The notes beneath the pieces were generated by a model. It had not been told where the DNA came from, searched no databases, and was given only the letters and a program-made list of their open reading frames with translations. From an uncultured delta proteobacterium (lineage in GTDB: Bacteria > Myxococcota > Kuafuiibacteriia > Kuafuiibacteriales > Kuafuiibacteriaceae): a stretch of 64,000 nt of DNA. This document shows, in pieces, positions 41,948 through 52,334 of this stretch. Each line of letters begins with the position of its first letter. Positions within the stretch are counted from its first letter, which is position 1. A program made the position numbers and the translations under genes. The stretch lies in NCBI GenBank assembly GCA_963803435.1, contig CAWDML010000006.1:1-64000 (forward strand), in the 5' to 3' direction.

Positions 41948-43933
41948 TCAACGATCGAAGGCGATGCAGGAGGCGCGACGAAGCGCGCCCAACGCAGTGA
42001 TCATTCGTCTCTCCTCGAGCCCGACCGCGCCGATCAACGCCCACCCGCTCTTCACCCCGTCGATCGCAGCGAGCACTCGCACCGGATCCCCGGAAAGGCG
42101 CGTCGAGACCCGCCCCCAGCGGCTCCGATGCTCCACCTCGATCTCGGTCGCATCGGCCAGGCTCAGCGCGATCGGCGTCGGTCGGCCACCGGCAAACGTG
42201 GCGGTCAGACCGGACAGCGAGACGCGCGGGATCAGATCGAGGACCGAGCGATAGCCGGCGGCCTTGCGGACGATGCTCCGGCCGAGGACGCAGGCGTCCA
42301 CTCCCGTGTAGAGCAGACACCACAGCGCATCTTCGGGGGTCTCGACGATCGGCTCGCCCATCACGTTGAACGACGTGTTCAGGATGATCGGGACGCCCGT
42401 CCGCTGATGGAACCGCTCCACCAGCTCGTAGAAGAGGCCGTTGTCGGCGCGGCTCACGGTCTGCACGCGACCCGTGTGATCGACGTGAGCCACGGCGGGG
42501 ACCTTCTCCTCGGCGCCCGGCTTGAACCGGAAGATTCGCAGCATGAACGGGCTCTCGGCGCTCCCCCCGTCGACCTCGAACCATCGGTCGAGCTCCTCGC
42601 GCAGGATCACGGGGGCAAAGGGACGGAACCCCTCGCGGTGCTTGACCCGCTCGTTGAGGAGTCGCTTCGCGTCGGGCCGGCGCGGATCGCAGAGAATGCT
42701 CCGATGCCCGAGCGCGCGAGGACCGAGCTCGGAGCCACCCATGAACCAGCCGACCACCGCCCCGTCGCACAGCAGGTCGACGACGGCGTCGATCATCTGC
42801 TCTTTCGGCTCGACCCTCTCCACGTGCGGCGTCGAAGCGATGGCGGACGCGATCTCGAAGTCGCTGTACGTCTTCCCCATGGAGTCGACCTTGAGCATCG
42901 AGCGGCCGTTCCGGCCCGTCAGCTTCCACAGACCGTAGTAGGCGGCGCCAATCGCGCCACCGCTGTCCTCGGTGGCCGGCATGATGTAGATCGAGTCGAA
43001 GTCCTCCTTGTACACCACCTTCTGGTTCGCGACGCTGTTGAGCGCCACGCCGCCAGCGTAGCAAAACCTCGTGTTCGAGCTCAGCTCCCGGCAGCGGCGC
43101 ACCAGATGACGCAGCCCCCGCTCGAGCGCCTCCTGGGCCCCGAACGCGAGGTCCTCGTACGCCTCCGGGTGGTGCGGCCACCGCTCCTCTTGCACGAACC
43201 GCGTCGGTACGGCGTCGCGGAAGTGGAAACGCCCATCGCGGTCGATCGAGAAGAAGTCCTCGGTGCCGAGACGAGGACGGCCATACGGCGCCAGCCCCAT
43301 CACCTTCCCGCACTCCATGAGATCGCCGAAGATCTGCTGCGCGGCGGCGTTGAAGATCCCTCCGAGGCTGCCGAAGTCCGGCATCCTTCGATCCTGATGG
43401 AAATCGACCACGATGCCGACGTGCTTCTCGAGGGGGACGCACTCGATCCCGGACGCTTCGTAGATCGTCACGACCTCCCGGAGAACGCCGGAGAGCGTGT
43501 CGGGAAAGCTGCACAGCTTGATCTCACCCGTCGCGTCGCCGGGGAGCTCGGCGAGCGGCTGCCCGTTTCCGTCGGCCACGAGGATCACGGCGTCCTCGAA
43601 CCCGCTCGTCGCGAAGACGCCGATCGCGTGCCCCAGATGGTGCGAGATGGTGAGGACCGGCGCCGCGAGGGAAGGGAGCCGGTACTCGCACGGCGCCTTG
43701 TCGATGCCGCAGACGACCGCGAGATCGAGCTCCCGGAGCGTGATCCCGGCGTGCTTCAGGCAGTAGTCGACGCAGAGGCTCGTGGTCCAGTCCCGCCCGA
43801 CCGTGGAGCGCTTGCGCCGGTTCAGGCGCTCCTCCTGCACCGCCACCACAATCTCGTCGCCCTTGAGCAGGCAGGCTGCTGCGTTGTGGTGGGGCGTCGA
43901 CACTCCGAGCACCCATGGCGCGCCGTCGCTCAT
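41948..43933 (-). CDS. NodU/CmcH-family carbamoyltransferase
   Basis: QEERLNRRK, HHLGHA, GKVMGLAPYG, GGVALNSVAN, ELGPRALGHRS, KHREGFRPFAP, NTSFN. Confidence 0.93.
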   Translation of the reverse strand: MSDGAPWVLGVSTPHHNAAACLLKGDEIVVAVQEERLNRRKRSTVGRDWTTSLCVDYCLKHAGITLRELDLAVVCGIDKAPCEYRLPSLAAPVLTISHHLGHAIGVFATSGFEDAVILVADGNGQPLAELPGDATGEIKLCSFPDTLSGVLREVVTIYEASGIECVPLEKHVGIVVDFHQDRRMPDFGSLGGIFNAAAQQIFGDLMECGKVMGLAPYGRPRLGTEDFFSIDRDGRFHFRDAVPTRFVQEERWPHHPEAYEDLAFGAQEALERGLRHLVRRCRELSSNTRFCYAGGVALNSVANQKVVYKEDFDSIYIMPATEDSGGAIGAAYYGLWKLTGRNGRSMLKVDSMGKTYSDFEIASAIASTPHVERVEPKEQMIDAVVDLLCDGAVVGWFMGGSELGPRALGHRSILCDPRRPDAKRLLNERVKHREGFRPFAPVILREELDRWFEVDGGSAESPFMLRIFRFKPGAEEKVPAVAHVDHTGRVQTVSRADNGLFYELVERFHQRTGVPIILNTSFNVMGEPIVETPEDALWCLLYTGVDACVLGRSIVRKAAGYRSVLDLIPRVSLSGLTATFAGGRPTPIALSLADATEIEVEHRSRWGRVSTRLSGDPVRVLAAIDGVKSGWALIGAVGLEERRMITALGALRRASCIAFDR

Positions 43934-45519
43934 CGTACCCTCCCGACCGGAGTCGACACCACGATACCCTCATCCATCAGCCGCCGCACCGCGGAGCGGA
44001 CCTCTCCTCGCGACGTCTTCAGCTCGACCGCGAGCGCCTCGTACTCGATGCACGGTCGCGCGAGCAGGCGCTCGACGATCGCCCGCATCGTCCCGGTGAC
44101 CGGAGCCGTCTCGAAGGGCCATAGCGGGTCGTACACCCGGACGCGACGACCCTCCACGTCCACAAGCCGCGAGACCAGCGACAACACGTCGGTCCTCCCC
44201 GGGGTCCGCCGGCTCCGGCCCAACGCGTACGGTTCAATCAGCCGCTCGAAGAGATCGTACCTCGAGGTGAACGAGTAGCGCGCGCCCCCTGCGTTCTCCC
44301 CTCCCCCCCACGCCTCGACGAACCGCCTGCCCAGCGGTGTCCATGCGTTGGTCCGTCCTCCGCGCCGTCGCGGTGCGAGCGACCGAGCGACCTGCTCCCT
44401 CATGCGCGCCTGGAACGATTCGAGCCGGTACCGCTCCAGGACCCTCCGGCGCGCCGCCGCCCCCATGCGCGCTCTCCGCTCCGCGCTCTCAATCAGGCGG
44501 CGACAGTTGTCGAGCAGCCGGCAGCGATCCACGCGGATGCCCTTCGGTGTGATCAGCGCGGGCGCCAAGAGCCCGGTGGTCCCGTGCGCGATCGTGTCCT
44601 TCGGGCCGCCCCAGGAGACCCCGAGCACCGGCAGCCCACAGCTCATGGCCTCGACGTTCGAGTAGCAGAAGTTCTCGCCCAGATGCGTCGTGAGGTTGAC
44701 GAACAAATCCGACGCCGACAACACCCGAGGGAGCTCGTCGCGAGGGAGCTGCCCCAGCTGGATGATGTTGCTCATCTCGCCGCCGGCCGAGTCGTACAGG
44801 CACTTCGCCATGTCGACCGGCCCCGTCCCGAAGTTGCGCATCCGCTCGTCCGCGACCTCGCCCACGATGAGCAGCTTGAGGTGCGGATGGATCCGAGAGA
44901 GCTCGCCGAAGACTCCGACCAGCGTGTGCACGTTCTTCTCCGCGAAGACGCGTCCGACGTACGTGAGCATGAGATCGCCGGCCTCGACGCCGAGATGGGC
45001 CCGAACGGACGCGGTCTCCTCGGCAGGTCTCGGCCGGAAGTGCTCGGTGTCGACGCCGAACGGGACGACGGCCGTCGCGGCCCGACACTGCGCGACCAAT
45101 CGGTGAAAGATCGCCTGGTCGGCGCGGCACGAGAAGACGATCCGATCCCCGGCACGGAGACGGCCGAGGATCGCACGAAGATAGAGCGCACCGCGAGGCA
45201 GCTCGCCGAGCGGGAGGTAGACGATGGGCAGGTCGAGCCCCAACGAGTCCCGCATCTGGAACGACTCGAGCACGTCCCACACGGGACCTCGCGGCGCGAC
45301 GACGAGCACGTCGCAGCGCGGAAGAAACTCGCCGAGGATGAGCTGCCGGCGGCGGTCGTGGCGCGGGAGCTGGAAGTAATAGGACGGCAGCCGCTCCACG
45401 CGGAGCTCGCGGGCGAGGCCGGCGTCGATGTCCCCCATGAGCCCGCCGACGCTGACGCCCTGACCAATCGATGGATCGGTGGAGCGATGGCGCAGCAGAC
45501 CGACGATGGGTCTCGTCAT
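43930..45519 (-). CDS. Glycosyltransferase family 4 with C-terminal extension
   Basis: VPFGVDT, YVGRVFAEKNV, ENFCYSNVEAMSCGLPV; the longer track ORF is an upstream fusion. Confidence 0.85.
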   Translation of the reverse strand: MTRPIVGLLRHRSTDPSIGQGVSVGGLMGDIDAGLARELRVERLPSYYFQLPRHDRRRQLILGEFLPRCDVLVVAPRGPVWDVLESFQMRDSLGLDLPIVYLPLGELPRGALYLRAILGRLRAGDRIVFSCRADQAIFHRLVAQCRAATAVVPFGVDTEHFRPRPAEETASVRAHLGVEAGDLMLTYVGRVFAEKNVHTLVGVFGELSRIHPHLKLLIVGEVADERMRNFGTGPVDMAKCLYDSAGGEMSNIIQLGQLPRDELPRVLSASDLFVNLTTHLGENFCYSNVEAMSCGLPVLGVSWGGPKDTIAHGTTGLLAPALITPKGIRVDRCRLLDNCRRLIESAERRARMGAAARRRVLERYRLESFQARMREQVARSLAPRRRGGRTNAWTPLGRRFVEAWGGGENAGGARYSFTSRYDLFERLIEPYALGRSRRTPGRTDVLSLVSRLVDVEGRRVRVYDPLWPFETAPVTGTMRAIVERLLARPCIEYEALAVELKTSRGEVRSAVRRLMDEGIVVSTPVGRVR

Positions 45520-45568
45520 GCGGGAGACGATATCGTGGACGATGTCGCCGCGTCTGTGCGGCGCTCGC

Positions 45569-46434
45569 TCATCTCGGTGGAGCCCCCGCGGCGGCGGCGG
45601 CTCGCGATCGCAGGAGGAGGACGAGGCCGAGAAGGAGCAGGAGGAGCCCCCCCTCCTCGCCGCCCGCGGCCGAGCAGCCACCAAAGCCGTCGTCCTGTTC
45701 GACGACGAGGAAGCTCGGGCCGTCGGGGGGATAGCACGATAGCACTGCTGAGTCGGAGCGCCGGCGGGATAGATGGAGCAGATCCCGTCGATGTCGTCCG
45801 ACTCGAGGCTGCGCTTCTTCGTCTCGCAGGCGGGCGCGCTCGCGTACATCGTGACGTCTTCGTAGCGCGGCGTGTTCGGCGGTGGTCGAGGCCGATCACG
45901 TGGCCGACCTCGTGCGTGACGGTGTTGCGAAGATCCATGGTGTCGGTCTGGGGATCGCAGGTGTCGTCGACGCGGGTGAGGTCGAAGAACTCGTCGTTGA
46001 TCTCGATGTCGGCGTCGACCACCACGCCCGCGCGCGTGTCGTACGCGCTCGTGGTCACCGCCAGCGCGGTGCGCTCGTACGGCCAGCCGGTGGAGTGCGC
46101 CACCACCACGTTCTTGTTGTCGCCGTTCTGCCCGTAGCCCGCGGCGAGGCCGGGGAGCGCGCCTCCGTAGGGGAGCGTGAGAATCGGAGCTGGGCACGTC
46201 CTCCCAGGCGGCGAAGGAGGCCCGCACGTCCTCTTCGGCCCTCGTACAATCGTAGAGATCGTAGAGCGCCTCGTCGGCGTACCAGGTGATCTCGCGCGAC
46301 TCCCAGACGAGCGACCGACCGAAGTTGCTCCCGACCCGGCTGCACTTGAACGCGAGCGCGTCGGAGGCGGCGAGCAGCAGGCCGGCGGCGAGGAGGAGCG
46401 TGGCGTACGGGGTTCTTCGGCGGGCGAGCCACAT
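45569..46434 (-). CDS. Matrixin-like metalloprotease with MYXO-CTERM-like tail (several frameshifts)
   Basis: DADIEIN, DLRNTVTHEVGHVIGLDH, TMYASA, GGCS plus hydrophobic tail. Confidence 0.75.
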
Positions 46435-47429
46435 GATCGACAGCAGGACAATCGCGAGCATCTCCCCGCCTCGCCCTCCCTGTCGATGGGTCGTGCATCC
46501 GCACCCGCCCCCCTCGAGCCCCGGCGGCTCACCACAGGGCGGCGGCGGCCGTTCGAGATAGAGCGCGCCGTAGAGCCCGGTGCTCGGATCCCTGACAATC
46601 GAGATCCGCGGAAGCGTCCCACCCGTCCTGCAGCGCCGTCTCACCGCCGGCGGAGAGGCGGGGCGAGAGCTCGGGGGGGATCGGGAGCACGCCCCGGACC
46701 ACGAGATCCCCCTCGGGACAGGCGCGCTCCAGCGAGAGCGGTCGCGGCGCCGTCCCCGTGGCGGTTCCGGCGTAGTGGACCCGGAGCCCCTCGAGATCGT
46801 CCTCGCCGAGGGTCCGCTTCACCACGGTCGGTGCCAGGGTCGGCGCCATCACGGCGTCGAGGATGCGCGCGCGCTCGGCCTCGGGGATCGAGAAGCAGGG
46901 GGTGCGCGCTGCCGGGCTCGCCGCAGGAGTGCAAGAAACCGAGCGCGTGCCCGAGCTCATGGAGCACCACACTCTCGGCGTCGAACGCGTCCGCCTCGTC
47001 GCCGAAGGTGAAGGTGGCGCCGTTGAGGAGGACATCGGCCTCGCGGATCCGTCCGGTCGCGACGTCGTAGAAGAGATCAGTATGGGCGACCGTCCGGGCG
47101 GGATCGCCGAAGTCCGCGTCCCATTCGGAGACGACGCCGATGGTGTTCCGTCCGTCCTCGGGGGCGATCGCGTCGTCCGGCCCCCTCCAGGTGAGGCGCG
47201 CGCCGAGCGACAATCCGATCACCCAGACGTCGGCCGCCGCCCGGCACGCGGCCGCGAACCGCTCGCCCTCCGGATCACCGGGTGCGAAGACGGCGCCGTA
47301 GTCGAAGGCGGGTGGGTCCCAGCGCAGCTCGGCGCCGCTCGAAGTGCGCGCCAGCTCGAACGCGGAGGCCGGACGGGCGAGGAACAGGAGCGGGATCGCC
47401 CAGAGCGCGCCGTGGCTCCGGCGGATCAC
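46420..47429 (-). CDS. Matrixin-like metalloprotease with MYXO-CTERM-like tail (several frameshifts)
   Basis: Signal ASA-FE, EADVLLNG, HELGHALGFLH, GGGCGC tail. Confidence 0.72.
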
Positions 47430-48030
47430 TGCCCGAGCGTGGTGGTCGGCGGCGTAGCGGGTGGAGCGGTGACCGGGGTCCCGTCGAGGGCGGGCGTCTG
47501 GGGCTGGGTTGGGCGCGCCGGCGTGCTGCCGACCGCGGCCTGCACGCGATCGCGGATGGTCCCGAGCGGGATGCGGCCGGCGTCGACGGCGGTCGGATCG
47601 ATCTTCATGCGGCCGTCGGAGCCGGGCTTGGCGAACGCGAGCCCCTCGACGCTCGGAACCGCGAACGCACCATCCTTCTCGGGACGCTCGACATGGAACT
47701 TGCCCTGGCTCATGCCGATCACCTGGAACTGCGTCGCGTCGACCGGATCATTGCGCAGGAAGACCACCACCTCCTCGCCCAGCGTGAAGCGCGGCGTGCC
47801 GCTCACCTGCATGCCGATGGTGCCGACCCTCGCCGCCGAGCGTCCGCACCACGACGTTGTCGGGGACGGTCCCGCGCGTGTGCATCCGCTCGAGGATCTG
47901 GATCTCGGTGTACGTGAAGATCCGCCGGTGTGCGTCGTCCCAGGCGGCCTGGCTGTTCACGACGCGACCGCGCGCGACGCAGGCCGCCTCCGCGGCCACC
48001 TCCTCGATCGTCATCGGTACCACGATCGTG
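47426..48030 (-). pseudogene. Myxobacterial protease-associated protein, 5' truncated and frameshifted
   Basis: VPMTIEE...ARGRV..., TLGG, GTPRFTLGEEVVVFL, GMSQGKF. Confidence 0.6.
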
Positions 48031-48034
48031 GCGC

Positions 48035-48487
48035 GCCAGGCTGCTCATCATTGGCGATGGGCCTCTCCAGGCGAAGCTCCGGCAGATGGCGGACGACCTG
48101 GAGCTCGGAGCAGCGACCGAGTTCATCCCGTTCGTCCCTCACAACGACCTCCCGCTCTACTATCGAGCGGCGGATCTCATGGTGGTTCCGTCCGACAAGC
48201 TCGAGACCTTCTGCATGGTCGCCCTGGAAGCGATCGCCTGTCATTGTCCGGTGATCGTGACGGATCAGGTACCCGAGATCGTGAGGCGGTTCCCGACTGT
48301 CCCTGCGGTGGAACCATACGACGTCTCGACCCTCGCCACGAAGATCGCGGCCGGGTCGGACGCGACGCTCCCGATCCTCACTGGCCCTCCCATCGAGGAT
48401 TTCGATTGGACGAACATAGCCCGGCGCTACGCAGCACTGTACGATTCGCTGTGCCGCCGCACGAGTCGATCGTACAGAGAGGGGTGA
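48035..48487 (+). pseudogene. GT4 C-terminal fragment, paralog of 33350-34510
   Basis: ARLLIIGDGPL...FVPHNDLPLYYR...KLETFCMVALEAIAC. Confidence 0.85.
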
Positions 48488-48490
48488 ACC

Positions 48491-49165
48491 GTGCCGGACA
48501 AGCTCGACCTTGGAAACCTCGACGCCGCTTCCCTTCGGAAGCGCCTCAGCCACGTGTATTGGATCGGCGGGGGAAGCGGCGGCGGGAAGTCGACGATCGC
48601 GGCTCGGTTGGCTGAACGGCGCGGTTTGCACCTGTACTCCACGGACGACGCCATGCGGGACCACGGCCAGCGCGTCACCACGGAGAATGCACCCTATCTG
48701 CGCGCTTTCGGGGCCATGGACATGGATGAGCGCTGGGTGAGCCGCTCGCCCGAGGTGATGCTGGAGACGTTCCATTGGTTTCAGGGCGAAGGCTTCCATC
48801 TCATCATCGAGGATCTCCTGGCGCTTCCCGAGCAGCCAGGGGTGGTGGTCGAAGGGTTCCGGCTCCTCCCGGACCTCGTCGGTCCCCTGCTCGAAAAGCC
48901 CGAGCACGCGGTCTGGCTGGTTCCCAGCGCGGAGTTCCGTCGAGCGGCGTTCGAAAGTCGCGGCACGTTATGGACCATCGCCAACAAGACCAGCCAACCC
49001 GAAAAGGCGCTGCACAACCTGCTGGTGCGCGATGGGATGTTCACGGAACGGGTCGAACGGGAGTGTGAAGCCGCTGGCCTCCCCATGATGCGAATCGACA
49101 CCTCGATGACAGAAGACGAGCTCTACCACCGAGTAGAAGCCCAGTTCGGTCTCGGTGGGAGCTAG
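48491..49165 (+). CDS. P-loop kinase-like protein, paralog of 32700-33353
   Basis: HVYWIGGGSGGGKSTIAARL shared. Confidence 0.82.
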   Translation: MPDKLDLGNLDAASLRKRLSHVYWIGGGSGGGKSTIAARLAERRGLHLYSTDDAMRDHGQRVTTENAPYLRAFGAMDMDERWVSRSPEVMLETFHWFQGEGFHLIIEDLLALPEQPGVVVEGFRLLPDLVGPLLEKPEHAVWLVPSAEFRRAAFESRGTLWTIANKTSQPEKALHNLLVRDGMFTERVERECEAAGLPMMRIDTSMTEDELYHRVEAQFGLGGS

Positions 49166-49167
49166 CA

Positions 49168-49652
49168 TTGTACTTCAGGAATCCAATGAGATGCTCGAGG
49201 CTGGGCCCCGCGGCTCGAACCGGCCGCTGGTCAGCGTCATCATTCCCACCCGGGATCGAGAGCACCTGCTCGAGGAAGCGCTGATCAGCGTCGCCGAGCA
49301 GCAGCTCGAGGGCGGCATCGAGATTGTGGTCGTCAACGACGGCGTTCGCTTCACCCGAGCCTTCACTCGGGAATGGAGGAATCGGCTCAGCGCAGGCCGC
49401 AAGCGGGGCTGCAACGACCGGGGTCGAGATCACCTTCGTCGAGCTGAACCGTGGGGAAGGTCCGGCGGTCGCACGGAATGCGGGGATCCAGGAAGCCTCC
49501 GGGACGTACATCGCGTTCCTGGACGATGACGATCTGTTCCTGGCCAGCCATCTGAGGCTGGCGTCAGCGTACTGGAGTATTTATTCCAGAGGATCGGCAG
49601 TGAGAATCCGCCGGACTATCGCCACATCTCTCAGTTCTTCGAATCCGACTGA
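49168..49652 (+). pseudogene. GT2 paralog with frameshift and large internal deletion (~49563)
   Basis: LVSVIIPTRDR, IAFLDDDD, then jumps to the C-terminal VLEYLF...SQFFESD. Confidence 0.8.
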
Positions 49653-50299
49653 TCGGGCCCCCGAAACGAGAACATGCGACCGTCCCATGTTCGCTTGGGG
49701 GCCGCGTCGGGTCCCAGGCGATGGATGCCGACCCGAAAGGAACCGTCCGGCGTGATCGCACAGGAGACCTCTGCGAAGCCTCGCTCGAGAAAAGAGGATT
49801 GCAGCTCGGCGCTTCGATCGGGTCCGTCGGTGCTTCGCGATCGCGTCCACAGGATCAGACCGCCCGCGGCCAGCAGCCCCGGGATCGCAGCGACGGTCTG
49901 CTGGGCGTCCTCCAAGGTGATGTTTCCGAACACTCCGCTCATGACCAGAAGGTCGATCGGAGCGATCTCGGCAAACGTCCTGAGGGCGCCGGCATCCGCC
50001 AGGCGTACCTCGACGTCCTCCAGCCCGAGCCCTGCGATGTTGCTCCGAGCCTTCGCGGCGACCGTCTGATCCTGTTCCAGGAGAAGCGCGCGGACCCTCC
50101 TCTGACTGCGCTGGTCGGCGAGCACCGGAAGCACGTCTCGTCCCTCACCCGCGCAGATGCTCACCAGGCGCACCACGCCGGTGGCGTCACCCGGAGCCGC
50201 TGCCAGGGCCTGGTGGAGGTGATCGTGGGTGAGCTGGAGTCGCTGGGTCAGACCCGCGTCGGAGTAGTGTCGATGCCACTCCGTCCAATCGGCGAACAT
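49631..50299 (-). CDS. SAM-dependent methyltransferase, paralog of 30949-31629
   Basis: MF.DWTEWHRHYSDA.LTQRLQLT shared. Confidence 0.85.
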   Translation of the reverse strand: MFADWTEWHRHYSDAGLTQRLQLTHDHLHQALAAAPGDATGVVRLVSICAGEGRDVLPVLADQRSQRRVRALLLEQDQTVAAKARSNIAGLGLEDVEVRLADAGALRTFAEIAPIDLLVMSGVFGNITLEDAQQTVAAIPGLLAAGGLILWTRSRSTDGPDRSAELQSSFLERGFAEVSCAITPDGSFRVGIHRLGPDAAPKRTWDGRMFSFRGPDQSDSKN

Positions 50300-50306
50300 C
50301 TATGGA

Positions 50307-52313
50307 TCATACCAGAAGCAGCGCCCCTGCCCGATGTAGCTTTGCCAGTCCGCGGGTGAGCTCGATCCTCGACCAATCTGGGTCCGACCGGCGCATCCTC
50401 TCTAGCAGCGATGCGCAACCCGAACGGCCGTGGTCGTTGAGCGACTGCAGGATCGCGAGCTCCCGCTCCTTGATCGAGCAGGACCGCGGGCCCCAGCGCG
50501 TCTCGCCAGGCAACACATATCGCCGCTCGCCTCGAGGATTCGTGGTGAAGGACAGGGCGGCGGCGTTCACCCGCGCCTCGACCTGGAGATCCCAGATCCC
50601 ACTGGCGGTTCCCCTTCTCCGGGCGATGACGCCGTCCAGAAACACCAGATCCAGCTCCGAGAAGATCAAACCCCAGAGCGCGTCGTCCGGCGACTCGACG
50701 ATCGGCTCTCCCATCACGTTGAACGAGGTGTTGAGAAGGATAGGGAGCCCGGTGAGCTCCTCGAATCGCGACAGCAATCGGTGGAATCGGGGGTTGGTGT
50801 CACGGGCGACCGTCTGGATCCTTCCCGATCCATCGACGTGGACGACGGACGGGACCCGGTTGCGTGCGTGCTCCTGGAACATCAACACCCGCAGCATGAA
50901 CGGGCTGTCGAAGTCGTCGAGCTTCGATTCGAACCACTGATGTGCCCGCTCGGCGAGGACCGCGGGTGCGAACGGCCTGAATCCTTCCCGATGCTTTACC
51001 CGCTCGTTCAGGAGCCGCTTACCATCGGGCAGACGAGGGTCGCACAGGATGCTGCGTTGGCCCAGCGCGCGTGGACCCAGCTCGGATTGGCCGTTGAACC
51101 AACCCACGATCTTGCCCTTTGCGAGCTCGGCGGCCACCAGGTCGATCGCGTGCTCGAGCTCACCGCCGCCCGGATCCGCCTCCACGAAGGGGTTGGCGCG
51201 GAGCGCATCCTCGATCTCGTGGACCGGGTACGATCGGCCGCAGGCATCTCTATCGAGCCGGGGGTAGGCGCTGCGCCCCCATCCCAGGATCTCGTGGAGC
51301 CCGTAGTAGGCGGCCCCGATCGCTGTTCCACTGTCCTCGGCCGCAGGCATGATGTAGTGGTCCTCGAAGATCCGAAGCCCGATCAGGCGCTCGTTGGCGA
51401 CGCTGTTGAGCGCGACTCCTCCGGCGTACGCCAGACGCTGGATCCCGGTGAGGTCACGGGCGCGTCGCCAGAGTCGCTCCAGCACCGTCTCCAACGCGAC
51501 CTGGAGCGACGCCGCGACGTCCTGGTAGAACGCCTCGTGCAATGGCCACGCGCCTTCGTGCTGCCGCAGCTCGTCCAGCAGGTACGGGTGAAACACCAGC
51601 GCTCCTCCCGGATCGATGCCCGCCAGGCGGCCGGGGTCGATTCTGGGGACGCCGTACGGCGCGAGTCCCATCAACTTTCCCGCCGCGAAGAGATCGTTGA
51701 ACGCCTGCATCGCCGTGGTCGAGAACATCGCCCCCAAGCTCCCATAGCGGAGCGGACGCTCGCCCATGTCCGGAAAATCGATCCCGTAATGCATCTCCAC
51801 GCCCTCGAGTCGACCAGACTCGGCGCGATACAGGCTGACAATCTCCTTGGACTCGGGCTCGCTCACCGCGAACGGGAGCTTCGCTTGGAGGACCTCGGCG
51901 GGGGCGTTCTGAGGGCAGGCGCGGCTGCGCTCGAACGTGGACCCGGATCCGTCCACGATCAGGAGGGTTGTTGCCGAGAATCCGGAGGTGGCCCAGGCAG
52001 CATACGCATGCGAGAGATGGTGCGGGATGACCAGGTTGCGGACTCCGAGTTGCTCCAACTCCTCCGTGCACCGCTGGATAAGCGGGGTCTCGAAAGCAGG
52101 CGCTCCGACGAACAGATCGACGTCCGAAAGCGTGATCGAGGCGGCTTCCAGGCAGTAGCGCAGTGAGTTGCTGTTGCAGATTCCGGGGAGGCCGGACCGC
52201 TTCATGCGATTGAGGCGCTCCTCCTGGATCGCAGCGACGATACGATCGCCGTGAAGCAGGCAGACCGCTCCGTTGTGGGAGAGGCCGTATCCGACGATCC
52301 ATGGCTTCGGCAT
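50307..52313 (-). CDS. Second NodU/CmcH-family carbamoyltransferase
   Basis: QEERLNRMK, HHLSHA, GKLMGLAPYG, GGVALNSVAN, RPFAP, NTSFN. Confidence 0.92.
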   Translation of the reverse strand: MPKPWIVGYGLSHNGAVCLLHGDRIVAAIQEERLNRMKRSGLPGICNSNSLRYCLEAASITLSDVDLFVGAPAFETPLIQRCTEELEQLGVRNLVIPHHLSHAYAAWATSGFSATTLLIVDGSGSTFERSRACPQNAPAEVLQAKLPFAVSEPESKEIVSLYRAESGRLEGVEMHYGIDFPDMGERPLRYGSLGAMFSTTAMQAFNDLFAAGKLMGLAPYGVPRIDPGRLAGIDPGGALVFHPYLLDELRQHEGAWPLHEAFYQDVAASLQVALETVLERLWRRARDLTGIQRLAYAGGVALNSVANERLIGLRIFEDHYIMPAAEDSGTAIGAAYYGLHEILGWGRSAYPRLDRDACGRSYPVHEIEDALRANPFVEADPGGGELEHAIDLVAAELAKGKIVGWFNGQSELGPRALGQRSILCDPRLPDGKRLLNERVKHREGFRPFAPAVLAERAHQWFESKLDDFDSPFMLRVLMFQEHARNRVPSVVHVDGSGRIQTVARDTNPRFHRLLSRFEELTGLPILLNTSFNVMGEPIVESPDDALWGLIFSELDLVFLDGVIARRRGTASGIWDLQVEARVNAAALSFTTNPRGERRYVLPGETRWGPRSCSIKERELAILQSLNDHGRSGCASLLERMRRSDPDWSRIELTRGLAKLHRAGALLLV

Positions 52314-52334
52314 CGCGCTGACCTGGCTGGCGAG

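Noticed and set aside
41597-44278. 893-aa plus-strand ORF and similar long antisense ORFs (50430-52166, 11251-12459)
   Set aside because: Shadow frames opposite well-supported genes in high-GC DNA
43930-46644. 904-aa protease-glycosyltransferase fusion
   Set aside because: Created by frameshifts; the upstream part switches between protease frames and the GT4 starts near 45519
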